64,000 nucleotides of DNA from an uncultured Nitrospiraceae bacterium (lineage in GTDB: Bacteria; Nitrospirota; Thermodesulfovibrionia; Thermodesulfovibrionales; SM23-35): positions 160,001-224,000 of the forward strand of contig CAVSHB010000003.1 in assembly GCA_963727775.1 (NCBI GenBank), given 5' to 3'. Both the position numbers and the translations under genes were made by a program. The notes beneath the pieces are model-generated. The model ran no database searches. It saw only the letters and a list, made by a program, of their open reading frames with translations, and was not told the origin of the DNA. Shown here piece by piece: positions 30,122 through 40,483 of this stretch. Within the stretch, counting starts at the first letter, position 1, and every line of letters starts with the position of its first letter.

Positions 30122-30880
30122 TTGGACAGGGAAAAAATATCGGTTACCATTATAACGCATAATGAGGAAGACAATATAAGGGACTGTCTTGACAGCGTAA
30201 AATGGGCCGATGAAATAGTCGTGGTTGATTCAGGGAGTACAGACGGGACCACTGAGATTTGCCGTGAATATACGGATAAGGTTTTTTTTAATTCCTGGAC
30301 CGGAATGAAGGAACAAAAGCAATGTGCCGTCGATAAGGCTTCCCATCTTTGGATATTCAGCATAGATGCCGATGAAAGGGCCACGGAGGAGATCAAACAA
30401 TTTATTATTCGGGAATTGGAAAATCCATCCCATGACGGATACCGCTTTCCAAGGCAAAATTACTTTCTCGGCAAATGGCTCAAATACGGAGGGTGGTATC
30501 CCGACCATGTTTTGAGGTTTTTCAGAAGAGATAAGGGGCACTTTGGCGGAATAAACCCTCATGACAAGGTGGTCATCACGAACGGCAAGGTTAATACGGT
30601 AAAATTTCCGATTATCCATCACACCTATAAATCCATATCACAATATTTAACAAAGCAGAACATGTATTCAGGCATATCAGCGAAGGAGTTATTTTATTCC
30701 GGGAAGAAGATTCCTCCGTATATCATCCCGATAAAAGCATCATGGAAATTTATAGAAACTTACTTCATAAAAAAGGGTTTTATGGATGGATTTCACGGAT
30801 TTATTGCGGCTATGGGCGCGACATATTCGATGTTCTGGAAATATATTCACTTATGGGAATTGTCCCGGAAAAATAAATGA
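30122..30880 (+). CDS. GT2 glycosyltransferase (WaaE/KdtX-like)
   Basis: ISVTIITHNEE, VVDSGSTDGT, IDADE, GGWYPD. Confidence 0.9.
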   Translation: MDREKISVTIITHNEEDNIRDCLDSVKWADEIVVVDSGSTDGTTEICREYTDKVFFNSWTGMKEQKQCAVDKASHLWIFSIDADERATEEIKQFIIRELENPSHDGYRFPRQNYFLGKWLKYGGWYPDHVLRFFRRDKGHFGGINPHDKVVITNGKVNTVKFPIIHHTYKSISQYLTKQNMYSGISAKELFYSGKKIPPYIIPIKASWKFIETYFIKKGFMDGFHGFIAAMGATYSMFWKYIHLWELSRKNK

Positions 30881-30885
30881 GATAT

Positions 30886-31875
30886 CTATCTATTTTTAAA
30901 ATGCCACCTGTATGCCGTTTCCACAATAGTATCAATATCCGCATATTGCGGTGTCCAGCCTAATACTTCTATCGCCTTTTTGTAGTTGCTGATCAAAACC
31001 GGCGGGTCTCCTTCACGTCTCCCTGATTCAGTAACCCTGAAATTATTCTTGCTTATTCGTTTCACCGCAATAATAATTTCTCTCACCGAGTGACCGACCC
31101 CGTTACCTAAATTAAATGAATTGCTTGTGTCCTTATCCATTAAATATTGAAGCGCTTTGACATGGGCATCCGATAAATCGGTAACATGGATGTAATCCCT
31201 GATACACGTGCCGTCTTTCGTGGGATAATCGGTCCCGAATATTTTGATATCATCGTTAATACCTAAAGCGGCGTAAACCGCCAATGGAATAAGATGGGTT
31301 TCCGGGTCATGCCTTTCGCCTATTTCACCTTCCGGGTCCGCCCCCGCAGCATTGAAATATCTTAAATTAACATGTCTTATCCCATATGCCTTGTCGTAGT
31401 CCTCCAGGATTTGTTCTATCATCAGCTTGCTTCTGCCGTAAGGGTTTACAGGCTTCTGTGGATGGTCTTCAATTATGGGGATCTCGCGGGGAATGCCATA
31501 TGTAGCACACGTGGAAGAAAAAATAAAATATCGCGTATTCGATTCCCTCATAACCTCCAGCAGATTGAGGGTATTCGACACATTATTCAGATAATACCTG
31601 GCCGGATCGACAACCGATTCACCCACATACGCAAAGGCGCTGAAATGCATTACGGCATCGATCTGATATTTCTTAAAGCAGAGTCTTATTTGGTCTTTGT
31701 CGGCAAGATCTCCCAGAATGAACTCTCCCCACTTGACAAAATCCCGGTTGCCATAGACAAGATTATCAAAGACAACGGTTTTGAAACCGTTCTTGTTTAA
31801 AAATTTGTTAACGTGAGAACCTATATAACCGGCGCCCCCAACGATAAGTATCATTTTCATTTTTCTCCTCTTCAT
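30886..31875 (-). CDS. galE: UDP-glucose 4-epimerase
   Basis: GGAGYIGSH, FSSTCATYG, YGRSK, LRYFNAAGA, DGTCIRDYIHV. Confidence 0.95.
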   Translation of the reverse strand: MKRRKMKMILIVGGAGYIGSHVNKFLNKNGFKTVVFDNLVYGNRDFVKWGEFILGDLADKDQIRLCFKKYQIDAVMHFSAFAYVGESVVDPARYYLNNVSNTLNLLEVMRESNTRYFIFSSTCATYGIPREIPIIEDHPQKPVNPYGRSKLMIEQILEDYDKAYGIRHVNLRYFNAAGADPEGEIGERHDPETHLIPLAVYAALGINDDIKIFGTDYPTKDGTCIRDYIHVTDLSDAHVKALQYLMDKDTSNSFNLGNGVGHSVREIIIAVKRISKNNFRVTESGRREGDPPVLISNYKKAIEVLGWTPQYADIDTIVETAYRWHFKNR

Positions 31876-33008
31876 CTATTATCCGTATCTGCGATGCATA
31901 AATCCACGATCTTTCTTAGCTGTGTTTCAAAATCGAGATATCTTATTGTCTCTCTAATCTCTCGTTTTGAAAGATGATCACTTAAGGCCGTCCCCATTGC
32001 TTCAGCTACGGAACCGATCTCTCTCAAATCCCTGATGACCGAACCGGCGCCGTCCTCGATCACTTCTGCACAGCCGTTTGCATCACTCGTAACCGTATAT
32101 AAACCCATTGCCAGCGCTTCAATGGAGGCACCCGCACAGGGGTCATAGAGTGTAGGCAATACAGAAGCATCGGAAACCTGGAGAAAAGGAATGACCTCCT
32201 TTTGGGGCCCGAAAAAATGGACTCTTCCTGCAAGTCCGGATTTTTCACAAAACGCTTTATATCGCTTTTCATGCTTGTCTTTGCCGACCACTATTAATTC
32301 GGCATATTCGGGAAGCAACGGAAGCGCCATAATAGCTTTTATGAGCCCTTTCCTTTCATAGCCGCTACCTAAAAACAGGTAGTAAAATTTGTCAGGTGCC
32401 AGACTTAGCTTTTTTAGTATATTATTCCTTTCTATAAGTCCTTCTTCAAATGTTTCTGAAAATTCATGCCATTCAGCGCTATTATGAACAACAGTTATCT
32501 TTTTTTCTATTTGGGGATAAAAGTGCAATATCTCATTTTTAACAAGGTTCGAATTGCAGAAAATTCTTTTGAGGGCATTGGAAAAAAGCGCCCGGCGCTC
32601 TATTTCTACCGTGGCCCTGTGAAAGGGATTAATTTTAAAACTAAAACATTTTAATTGAGAACACTCTTTGCATCTCCTCTGGATCCAAGCCCTATGGCAG
32701 CCGCCTCCTAACCATAAATGCGTCTGATTCTCTGTACGATCCATCCCCAGGATACAGTCATAACGCTCATTTTTTAGATGCCGGTTGACCGAGGAATTGA
32801 ATGTTAAGAGTCTCAGGAGATTATTGTACCGGAATTGTCTCAGTGCCACCGGCTTGACACCCTGGGGAAAACCATCCCATCTGCCATGCTCTGAAGTAAG
32901 CACATCCACTTCGACATTGTTTTCAACAAATGCATTTATCAGCCGGGTTGTATATTTTTCGGCGCCTCCGTAAAATGAATAATTGCTCTTAATTATTGCG
33001 GTACGCAT
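31872..33008 (-). CDS. GT4 glycosyltransferase (WaaG/RfaG-like)
   Basis: GGAEKY, FLGSGYERKG, LPTLYDP, EALAMG; start moved to MRTAIIK at 33008. Confidence 0.88.
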   Translation of the reverse strand: MRTAIIKSNYSFYGGAEKYTTRLINAFVENNVEVDVLTSEHGRWDGFPQGVKPVALRQFRYNNLLRLLTFNSSVNRHLKNERYDCILGMDRTENQTHLWLGGGCHRAWIQRRCKECSQLKCFSFKINPFHRATVEIERRALFSNALKRIFCNSNLVKNEILHFYPQIEKKITVVHNSAEWHEFSETFEEGLIERNNILKKLSLAPDKFYYLFLGSGYERKGLIKAIMALPLLPEYAELIVVGKDKHEKRYKAFCEKSGLAGRVHFFGPQKEVIPFLQVSDASVLPTLYDPCAGASIEALAMGLYTVTSDANGCAEVIEDGAGSVIRDLREIGSVAEAMGTALSDHLSKREIRETIRYLDFETQLRKIVDLCIADTDNR

Positions 33009-33009
33009 G

Positions 33010-34425
33010 TCAGCGGGTTTCCCCGAGCAGTTGCAACAGCTTCCGCTTTTGCCCGGTGTATGAGGGGTCATTACTGAGCTCCTGTGTCTCATATAAATCC
33101 CTGTTGAGGTCGTATATCTCTGCGTGGCCGTCAGCGCGTTTGATGATTTTAATCATCTCGTCTGTAATTAAAGACGTCTGCGGCTGCATGAAGTCTTGCA
33201 GGACGAATGAAGGGCTCTCCCTCCGGAATTTATTAAGCGTGTGATCACAACTGGGCAGTTGCGAATATGCGATTTTTCTCGGAGTTGAAGACAGCAGTGA
33301 ATGTGAACTGTCCGGTATCGGCAAAGGAGAACCGGTCACATCCGTAATGGTGGAAAATATGTCATGAAGCTGAACTAGTGTATCCTTATGGCCTCTCAAC
33401 GCAAAATCCTTAGGAAATTTAATGAGTAAAGGTATATGCAACAGTTCGTTGTAGAGCGTGAAAATATGATTAACCTGACCGTGCTCTCCCAGGAGCTCTC
33501 CGTGGTCACTCGTTATAATGAGAAGGGTATTGTCGAGTATCTTTTTGTCCTTTAAGAAAGAATAGAAATCCCACAGGATAGAATCGAGAAACAGAACTTC
33601 CCGGTCGTAGAGGACGTTCAGTGTCTCGAAGGTGTCCGCAGAGAAAGGAGAGCGGGCATAATGATGCCACTCATATTTCTTGAGCGCAGCATCCCTTGTT
33701 TTTGGACTGATTTTCCCGAAAGCGGTAATTTCGTGAGGCGGATTGTATTGGTTATGAGTTTCCATAATGTTCATAAATAGAAAAAACGGAACCTGAACAT
33801 TTCTTGAATTTATAATTTTTTTTGCTGTTTTAATTGTTCTCTGGGTGGCATGGACCGATTTCTTGATGATCGCATAAATTTTTTTATAGGTACTATCGAT
33901 TAATTTTTTCAAAGGGAACGTATAGGCTCGTTGAGACGAAACTAATCGCAATAACATAAGGAATCTTCCCAACTCGCATTTAACATCCTTCTTGGACCTG
34001 CTGAAGACCTGCTCTATCTTCAAGAAATCACCTGAATTGAAGAAATGCCACATCTCAAAGAATTCATCAAACCCTTTGTGAAAATTAAGTAAGTGGGATA
34101 CAAGACCATTGCTTGTCACCCCGAATGTTTCATACTCCAGGTATTTTAGGATTTCGGTAAGACAGTATATGTTGTCAGGCAGGCAGACTTGGTCGTCACC
34201 GACTCCATGCTCGTTTGGGTAAAGTCCTGTAAAAAAAGATACATGCGATGGTATAGTCCATGAAGCAGGGGAGAAACATCTGTTATATACCATAAAAACG
34301 TCATCTTCCACCATTCTCTCAAGGTAGGGGGTCGTCCGTCTCTCATATCCGTGAAGGGACATATGTTTTGCTCCAAGTGTGTCACATACCACCAGGATTA
34401 TATTCGGCAGGCGATGATGGCCCAT
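33010..34425 (-). CDS. Sulfatase-like hydrolase/transferase (alkaline phosphatase superfamily)
   Basis: NIILVVCDTL, SPASWTIPSHVSFFTG, METH, ITSDHGE, LHIPLLI. Confidence 0.85.
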   Translation of the reverse strand: MGHHRLPNIILVVCDTLGAKHMSLHGYERRTTPYLERMVEDDVFMVYNRCFSPASWTIPSHVSFFTGLYPNEHGVGDDQVCLPDNIYCLTEILKYLEYETFGVTSNGLVSHLLNFHKGFDEFFEMWHFFNSGDFLKIEQVFSRSKKDVKCELGRFLMLLRLVSSQRAYTFPLKKLIDSTYKKIYAIIKKSVHATQRTIKTAKKIINSRNVQVPFFLFMNIMETHNQYNPPHEITAFGKISPKTRDAALKKYEWHHYARSPFSADTFETLNVLYDREVLFLDSILWDFYSFLKDKKILDNTLLIITSDHGELLGEHGQVNHIFTLYNELLHIPLLIKFPKDFALRGHKDTLVQLHDIFSTITDVTGSPLPIPDSSHSLLSSTPRKIAYSQLPSCDHTLNKFRRESPSFVLQDFMQPQTSLITDEMIKIIKRADGHAEIYDLNRDLYETQELSNDPSYTGQKRKLLQLLGETR

Positions 34426-34434
34426 AATGATATG

Positions 34435-35121
34435 TTAAAAGTATCCGGTTTCTCTTAGCCGTTCCATGACTTTCTCTTTGTCCGGATCCCTTCCCCCGCG
34501 TTCCATGCCGGTCCTGCCGAAGGGATTTGTGCAGGGTTCGCAATCGATCGAGCGATAGCCTTTTTTGTATAACTCACAATAGGGGATAGAATATTTTTTG
34601 ATATATGACCAGATATCAAGTTCTTTGAAGTGAAGGACAGGTTGCACTCTGACATGAGGCGGCTTTTCTTTGGGCATAAAAAATTGTTCATTGACCCTTG
34701 CCGACTGCTCATCCCATCGCACGGCCGTCATAAGGGCTTTCAGATTGTGATCAACGATAGCCGTGTTTAGAGGGACTACCTTACGCGTATAACAGCATTC
34801 GACCTTATCCACGGGAGGTGTGGTCATGTCCGGAATATCATTGTTTCGGAGAACTGTGAGATCGAATCCCCATTCCTCTGACAGTTTTCCCATGAATTCC
34901 TTTATTTCCTTAAATTCAGCGCCTGTATCCAGAGTAAAAACCTTCCACGGTATTTTGCCGTCGAAGGCGGCCCGTACAAGATGAAGTAAGGTGGTAGAGT
35001 CTTTCCCGCCGCTGAAAGCAACAGCAACGCGGCTTCCGAAATTCTTATATGTCTCTAGTATAATTTCCCTGCTATATTTCTCTTTTTCTTCCAAGGTCAT
35101 CTCAACAAGTTTCTTCTCCAC
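34435..35121 (-). CDS. PAPS-reductase/CysD family PP-loop protein
   Basis: AFSGGKDST, ECC, RWDE, GYRSIDCEPCT, C-terminal ERLRETGYF. Confidence 0.85.
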   Translation of the reverse strand: MEKKLVEMTLEEKEKYSREIILETYKNFGSRVAVAFSGGKDSTTLLHLVRAAFDGKIPWKVFTLDTGAEFKEIKEFMGKLSEEWGFDLTVLRNNDIPDMTTPPVDKVECCYTRKVVPLNTAIVDHNLKALMTAVRWDEQSARVNEQFFMPKEKPPHVRVQPVLHFKELDIWSYIKKYSIPYCELYKKGYRSIDCEPCTNPFGRTGMERGGRDPDKEKVMERLRETGYF

Positions 35122-35385
35122 TGTAATCCTCCTTTTAGATCACTTAGAAGCTTTGTTCCCGGAATCTGTAACGCTATATTGCTAAATCCTCTAAAAAACT
35201 TGACGGAACAGGGAACAGCAAGCAGATAGACGCTCAGATGGTAACGTTTTAACGAGATACTCTATTATAAGCATAGTGAATCGTCAAAATCAAAAATACC
35301 AAGAAATTATTATTTATGGACAGAAACATTTAGCATACCGCAAAAATGGATACCGCTTGTTAAATTGGGATGCTGATTCATTTAT

Positions 35386-36651
35386 TTAATCCGGCTCATT
35401 TTTCTTTAATATATGACTGCGTATACAGAGGCCTGATATAAGCATAAAGGAACAGATGAGCACATGAATATTAAAGAGCGACTCGGTCAGACCTGCTATT
35501 ATGAAGTGCACCGATACGGTCAGGGACAGAAATCCGAAGAGTCCTTCTTTATTGCGAAGAAGTCTGCCTGTATGCTGTAAAGTCCTGTAAAAGATAAACA
35601 GCAGCGCGAACAATCCCGTCAGGCCGGTGGTTGCAAGTGCAAAGAGATACATATTGTGCGGCTGATTATATTTCAGTATAAAATCGGGTATTCTGCCTGA
35701 TGCTACGAGTCCGACAAGAGCAATTCTGTAATCGCCGATCCCTACTCCGAAGATCGGATGTGAGAGGAAAATTTCAGAGGCGGCTTTCCACATAAAAAAG
35801 CGATCACCGAGTGAGGTCGGGGCAACGCCGGCAGAGTATTGGGCAATATCACGAAAAGCCATATCAATTCTGCTGTGCACAAGATCATTAAATAAATATA
35901 TCAGAACGCAAACGATTATTATGGAAGGTACGACTATCAGGTAAGTCCGCTTGTTTCTAAGTAGAAAATATATGCTGATTATAATTGTGAATATCATTCC
36001 AACCCATGCTGTCCTCGCCAGCGAAAGTAATACGGTGAGTGTGCCGAGCAGAATAAAGGACCAGAGCAATATTGTCATTGATAATCGTTTGAAACGCGCG
36101 GAGAAAACAAGGAGCGAAATAGCTGCATATAACCCGACCGCATTGAGATTCCCGACCCAGATATGATGCATATTCAACGGACTCAAGGGAAGAGAAAATT
36201 TTTTGTTTCCTATAAGACCAAGGTAAGTCAGAAGTCCGAGCAGGTCAAGAACAAAAACTCCGGCGACAAAAGATAACAACAGATATTCGGCATTGCGGAT
36301 TCCGGTTGTTTTATTCTGATCTGAATCAATAAGCACGGATACCATGAGATAAACCAATATGAGGTTCGAGAGCTGCAAAAGATTGTTTAAGCCTTCCATC
36401 CGGTTTTGGGAATAAAGCAGACTGAACAAAACCGTTGAAAGATAAATTCCTATTGGAAGATTTAATGGCTGCTTAACGGCCTGCATAAGCGTTTCCCTGA
36501 AATATTTGTTACAGGAAGCAGCGAAGATGCAATAAGCGTAAACAAGCCCCATCAGTATACTGCTTATGCTCTTTGATACCGGTAATGTCACCCCAAACAA
36601 TATCAGACCGGTGATGAGTATTCTGGAATGAAATGAATTATCCTTGGTCAT
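35386..36651 (-). CDS. waaL: O-antigen ligase family protein
   Basis: Multi-TM protein, SLARTAW, SLGDRFFMW, PIFGVG, PHNMYL. Confidence 0.85.
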   Translation of the reverse strand: MTKDNSFHSRILITGLILFGVTLPVSKSISSILMGLVYAYCIFAASCNKYFRETLMQAVKQPLNLPIGIYLSTVLFSLLYSQNRMEGLNNLLQLSNLILVYLMVSVLIDSDQNKTTGIRNAEYLLLSFVAGVFVLDLLGLLTYLGLIGNKKFSLPLSPLNMHHIWVGNLNAVGLYAAISLLVFSARFKRLSMTILLWSFILLGTLTVLLSLARTAWVGMIFTIIISIYFLLRNKRTYLIVVPSIIIVCVLIYLFNDLVHSRIDMAFRDIAQYSAGVAPTSLGDRFFMWKAASEIFLSHPIFGVGIGDYRIALVGLVASGRIPDFILKYNQPHNMYLFALATTGLTGLFALLFIFYRTLQHTGRLLRNKEGLFGFLSLTVSVHFIIAGLTESLFNIHVLICSFMLISGLCIRSHILKKNEPD

Positions 36652-36768
36652 GTCTCTGTAAGTTGCTTATTATTTTTGATGATATAGTATACTTTAAAAA
36701 ACGGATAAGAATGTTACGCTGACTTTTCCCCTGAAAAGGGGAAAGTTTTTTTCATAACAGGAGGGTTT

Positions 36769-38070
36769 ATGCACATTGGAATTATCGGCACGGGTTATGT
36801 GGGGCTTGTGACCGGCGCCTGTTTTGCCGAATTCGGTCTGTCTGTAACGTGCGTCGACAAAGACGAAAAAAAGATAAGTTTTCTCAAGAAAGGGTTAATC
36901 CCTTTCTATGAACCCGGACTTGACGAGCTTGTCAAGAGAAATATGAAACAGGGCAGGCTCAGATTTACGACAAAGACCGGAAAGGCGGTGGAGTCGTCCC
37001 TCGTTATTTTTATAGCGGTCGGAACGCCGAGGAGGGGGGATGGCTCTGCTGATCTGAAGTATGTCGAGGAAGTCGCGGGTGAGATCGCAAAACATATGGA
37101 TGGATACAAAGTGATCGTTACAAAGAGCACCGTTCCCGTAGGGACAGGTGAGAAAATAAGGGAGATCATCGCAAAGAACCTTAAAGGGCAGACCGACTTT
37201 GACATAGTTTCAAACCCGGAGTTTTTGCGGGAAGGCTCTGCTATAGAGGATTTTATGAGGCCCAATAGGGTAGTTGTAGGCGCCAATAAGCCCCAGTCGA
37301 TTGCGATCATGAAAGACCTTTATAAACCCCTGTACCTTATCGAGGCGCCCTTTGTGATAACGAATATCGAGACAGCGGAATTAATCAAATACGCTTCAAA
37401 CTCTTTTCTCGCGACAAAGATCTCCTTTATCAATGAAATGGCCAACCTCTGTGATAGGGTCGGAGCGGACATACACATGGTGGCAAAAGGTATGGGGCTT
37501 GATCAGAGGATCGGCCCGAAATTTCTCCATCCGGGGCCCGGATACGGCGGTTCCTGTCTTCCAAAGGACACGAACGCGCTTCTCAAAATAGCGGAAGATC
37601 ATGGCGTTGAACTCGGCATTATCGGCGCAGCGGTTAGGGCGAATGAACGGCAGCGGGGATTGATGGTACGGAAGATAAAGGACGCCATGGGTGATTTAAA
37701 AGGCAGAACGGTCTCGGTCCTCGGCCTTTCTTTCAAGCCGAACACCGACGATACGAGGGACGCCCCTTCTTTGTATATTATTAATGAACTCATGAGAGAG
37801 GGAGTAAATATCAGGGCATACGATCCTATCTGTACTAAGGAAGAAAACAGGATTTTACCTAAAGTAAAGTATTGCAAGGACCCCTACGATGCTGTAAAAG
37901 GCGCCCATGCGCTTGTCATCGTGACCGAATGGAACGAATTCAGGAACCTCCAACTCGATAAGATCAAGAAACTTCTCAAGGAGCCCTATTTCTTCGACAT
38001 GAGAAATATTTACGATCCACAAAGGATGAAAGAGGCAGGGTTCCAGTACTATTGTGTAGGCAGGCCGTAG
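36769..38070 (+). CDS. ugd: UDP-glucose 6-dehydrogenase
   Basis: GTGYVGL, KSTVPVGT, SNPEFLREG, GYGGSCLPKD, FKPNTDDTR. Confidence 0.93.
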   Translation: MHIGIIGTGYVGLVTGACFAEFGLSVTCVDKDEKKISFLKKGLIPFYEPGLDELVKRNMKQGRLRFTTKTGKAVESSLVIFIAVGTPRRGDGSADLKYVEEVAGEIAKHMDGYKVIVTKSTVPVGTGEKIREIIAKNLKGQTDFDIVSNPEFLREGSAIEDFMRPNRVVVGANKPQSIAIMKDLYKPLYLIEAPFVITNIETAELIKYASNSFLATKISFINEMANLCDRVGADIHMVAKGMGLDQRIGPKFLHPGPGYGGSCLPKDTNALLKIAEDHGVELGIIGAAVRANERQRGLMVRKIKDAMGDLKGRTVSVLGLSFKPNTDDTRDAPSLYIINELMREGVNIRAYDPICTKEENRILPKVKYCKDPYDAVKGAHALVIVTEWNEFRNLQLDKIKKLLKEPYFFDMRNIYDPQRMKEAGFQYYCVGRP

Positions 38071-38088
38071 AAATGGTAAAATATATAT

Positions 38089-38532
38089 GTGAAGGTTGTA
38101 TGTCAGAACAGAAAGGCATACCACGATTATCATATTGAGGAGACGATAGAGTCGGGTATTTCCTTATTGGGAACAGAGGTGAAGTCGCTGAGAGAAGGTA
38201 AGGCTAATCTTAAAGACAGCTATGTCCTTATGAAGGACAAAGAGGCCTTCCTTCTGAACTGTCATATTAATCCTTACAGTCACGGAAATATTTTAAACCA
38301 TGACCCTCTGAGGACAAGAAAACTCCTCATGCATAGGGAAGAAATTGATAAGCTGAGCGAGAAAGCCGCTACAAAGGGATATACGCTGATACCGCTTAAG
38401 ATTTATTTTAAAGATTCTTTTGCTAAGGTTGAAGTTGGAGTTGCGAAGGGGAAAAAGCTCTTTGAAAAAAGGGAAACAATAAAAGAAAGAGAGGCCAAAA
38501 GAGAGATCGAAAGGGCCATGAAATCCAGATGA
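38089..38532 (+). CDS. smpB: SsrA-binding protein
   Basis: NRKAYHDY, GTEVKSLR, RTRKLLMH, KGKKLFEKR; adjacent to tmRNA. Confidence 0.97.
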   Translation: MKVVCQNRKAYHDYHIEETIESGISLLGTEVKSLREGKANLKDSYVLMKDKEAFLLNCHINPYSHGNILNHDPLRTRKLLMHREEIDKLSEKAATKGYTLIPLKIYFKDSFAKVEVGVAKGKKLFEKRETIKEREAKREIERAMKSR

Positions 38533-38616
38533 CAGGATTTCAGATAGGGCTGCAAACAGAGATAAATTTGAATATGTTGCTCTCTGTTTATCTGTCTCTA
38601 TCTGATTTCTGTTCCC

Positions 38617-38966
38617 GGGGGCGAAAGGGCTCGACGGGGGTTACGAGGATCAGGTCGCATGTCGTGGCTCCATCACCACGTAAAAAGGTGGAAACAAACA
38701 TAAACGCCAATAACGAACTGGCACTCGCTGCTTAATTAACTAAGCAGCCGCTGCCCTGAAATTGCCTGTGTTTCAGGTCACAGCGTCATTAAGCAGGCTG
38801 GCTCCGGGGAGTTTCCCCTGACTCCGGAGTAAGACAAAGGGGGATGGGGTTTCAGGACGCCCGCCTGCCGGCAGCCTGGGATTCGAGAATCAATAAGCAG
38901 GATAAACATGTAGAAGCCTGAGAGTAGTACTTTCGGACGCGGGTTCAATTCCCGCCGCCTCCACCA
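38617..38966 (+). ncRNA. ssrA: tmRNA, tag peptide (A)ANNELALAA
   Basis: 5' GGGGGCGAAAGGGCTCGACGGGG; 3' GACGCGGGTTCAATTCCCGCCGCCTCCACCA; tag frame 38706-38735; follows smpB. Confidence 0.97.
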
Positions 38967-38969
38967 TTA

Positions 38970-39044
38970 ATATACTTATAATTCAATGAGTTATAAGTAT
39001 ATATTTTACATAATCACTATCCCTGGACTATCCCTGGAATCCCT
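38970..39044. repeat. att-like region: AT-rich palindrome and tandem 11-mers
   Basis: ATATACTTATAA-N9-TTATAAGTATAT (38970-39002); CTATCCCTGGA x2 (39017-39038) plus a partial third copy. Confidence 0.7.
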
Positions 39045-39909
39045 TTGAGAAATGACTCTTTACAGTTCCCCGTCTTGACAGTGAACTGTCGTTCACCTAT
39101 AATGTAACCGTGTTGCAAAGCATAGGCCAGAGCGAAGAAATGAAAAAAGATTTCAGTGCTACGCAAGCGGCAATCCGTGCAAGGTTACCACTTTGTAAAA
39201 TAACTGCGAATTTCGTTTCCGAATTGCTGCCAAAATCGAGTGAAATCCGCAAAAATCTAATAAAATCTGCTATATTTATGGGAGGGGTAGAGCTATGAAC
39301 CTAAATTGCTTAAAATTTGACGACAAAAGGAGCGTTCAACAGTGAGCATAGGTACGAAAAACGAGACTGCAGAGAAGAAAGAAAGCCAATCCTTTATTTG
39401 TCCTAAATGCAACAAGCCTACCGAAGTATTCTACAAGAAAAGAGGTTTTTGGAAGGTTTATGATCCAGAGATAATTTGTAGTTCCTGCAAGGCCGACATC
39501 ACGAAAGAATTTTTCCTCACTGTAGCAACTCCCAAAAAGAAGGAAAACATAACCAGAGCTGCTAAAAAGGCAATCCGAGAACAAAAAATCAAGAAAGCGA
39601 TATTTGTCGATGGGAAATCGAAGACTGAAGCCTGTCGTTTGGCAGGTTATGCTGAGACAACAGCAAGGTCAAAATCGGCAGAGATCGTGAGCGATATTGT
39701 TGAGAAAAGTGGTGGAATTGAGCAAATTCTGAATGATTTGGGAGTTTCTAAGGAAAGATTAGTTCGAAAGGTCGACGAAGGTCTCGATGCGACGAAAGTC
39801 ATCTCCGCTAATGTGATTATCGGCAGCGAAGGCGATCCTGCGGACGAAAGAGATGGTATGAAAGAGGCCGATGGCATGACTAAGGATTTCATTGATGTCC
39901 CTGATTTTA

Positions 39910-40483
39910 TAATTGATACACCCTGCGGTCTCTGCCGCAGGATCCGATGTATGTAGAGTAAATGGAGGGAAAGACCTGTAGACTGATAGAATAAAGAGAC
40001 GATGGTAATTCTTGACGACGATATATGGCGATGGTATCACAATATATCGGAGTGTTACTATCACATTCAAATAACGGTGAAATACCGCAAGTCACTTTTG
40101 AGTAAAGAAGTAGAAGGGGCTATAGTTGGAGCGCTGAAAGGATTGAAAGAAAGGTATGCGATAGAGATCAATACAGTTGGATTTGATCGAAACCATGTGC
40201 ATATTCTGTGTCGATATTTATCGAAGTATTCTGGGGGGCAGGTGATCAAGATAATAAAGAGGATAAGTGGGAAAAGAGTATTTGAAGAGGCCCCCGAGGT
40301 AAAAAAAGAACTTTGGGGTGGTGAGTTCTGGACAGATGGGTACTACATAGCAACGATCAGCGGTAAAGGGAATAAAGGAGTGATTGAGAAATACATAAAG
40401 AACCAAGGCAGAGAGAAGGATGTTGGGCAGTTGAGGTTGTTTGACTTCTGACGCCCTGCGGTCTCTGCCGCAGGGTTCTTCAC
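39910..40483 (+). mobile_element. IS200-group element (tnpA only)
   Basis: Identical 21-bp subterminal hairpins CCCTGCGGTCTCTGCCGCAGG at 39921-39941 and 40454-40474; right end TTCA(C); no target duplication; ends uncertain by 1 bp. Confidence 0.9.
40002..40451 (+). CDS. tnpA: IS200/IS605 Y1 HUH transposase
   Basis: YHIQITVKYRK, NHVHIL (HUH), LWGGEFWTDGYY, KYIKNQ. Confidence 0.95.
   Translation: MVILDDDIWRWYHNISECYYHIQITVKYRKSLLSKEVEGAIVGALKGLKERYAIEINTVGFDRNHVHILCRYLSKYSGGQVIKIIKRISGKRVFEEAPEVKKELWGGEFWTDGYYIATISGKGNKGVIEKYIKNQGREKDVGQLRLFDF

Noticed and set aside
38529..38735. 68-aa ORF ending in ANNELALAA
   Set aside because: It is the tmRNA tag reading frame, not a protein gene.
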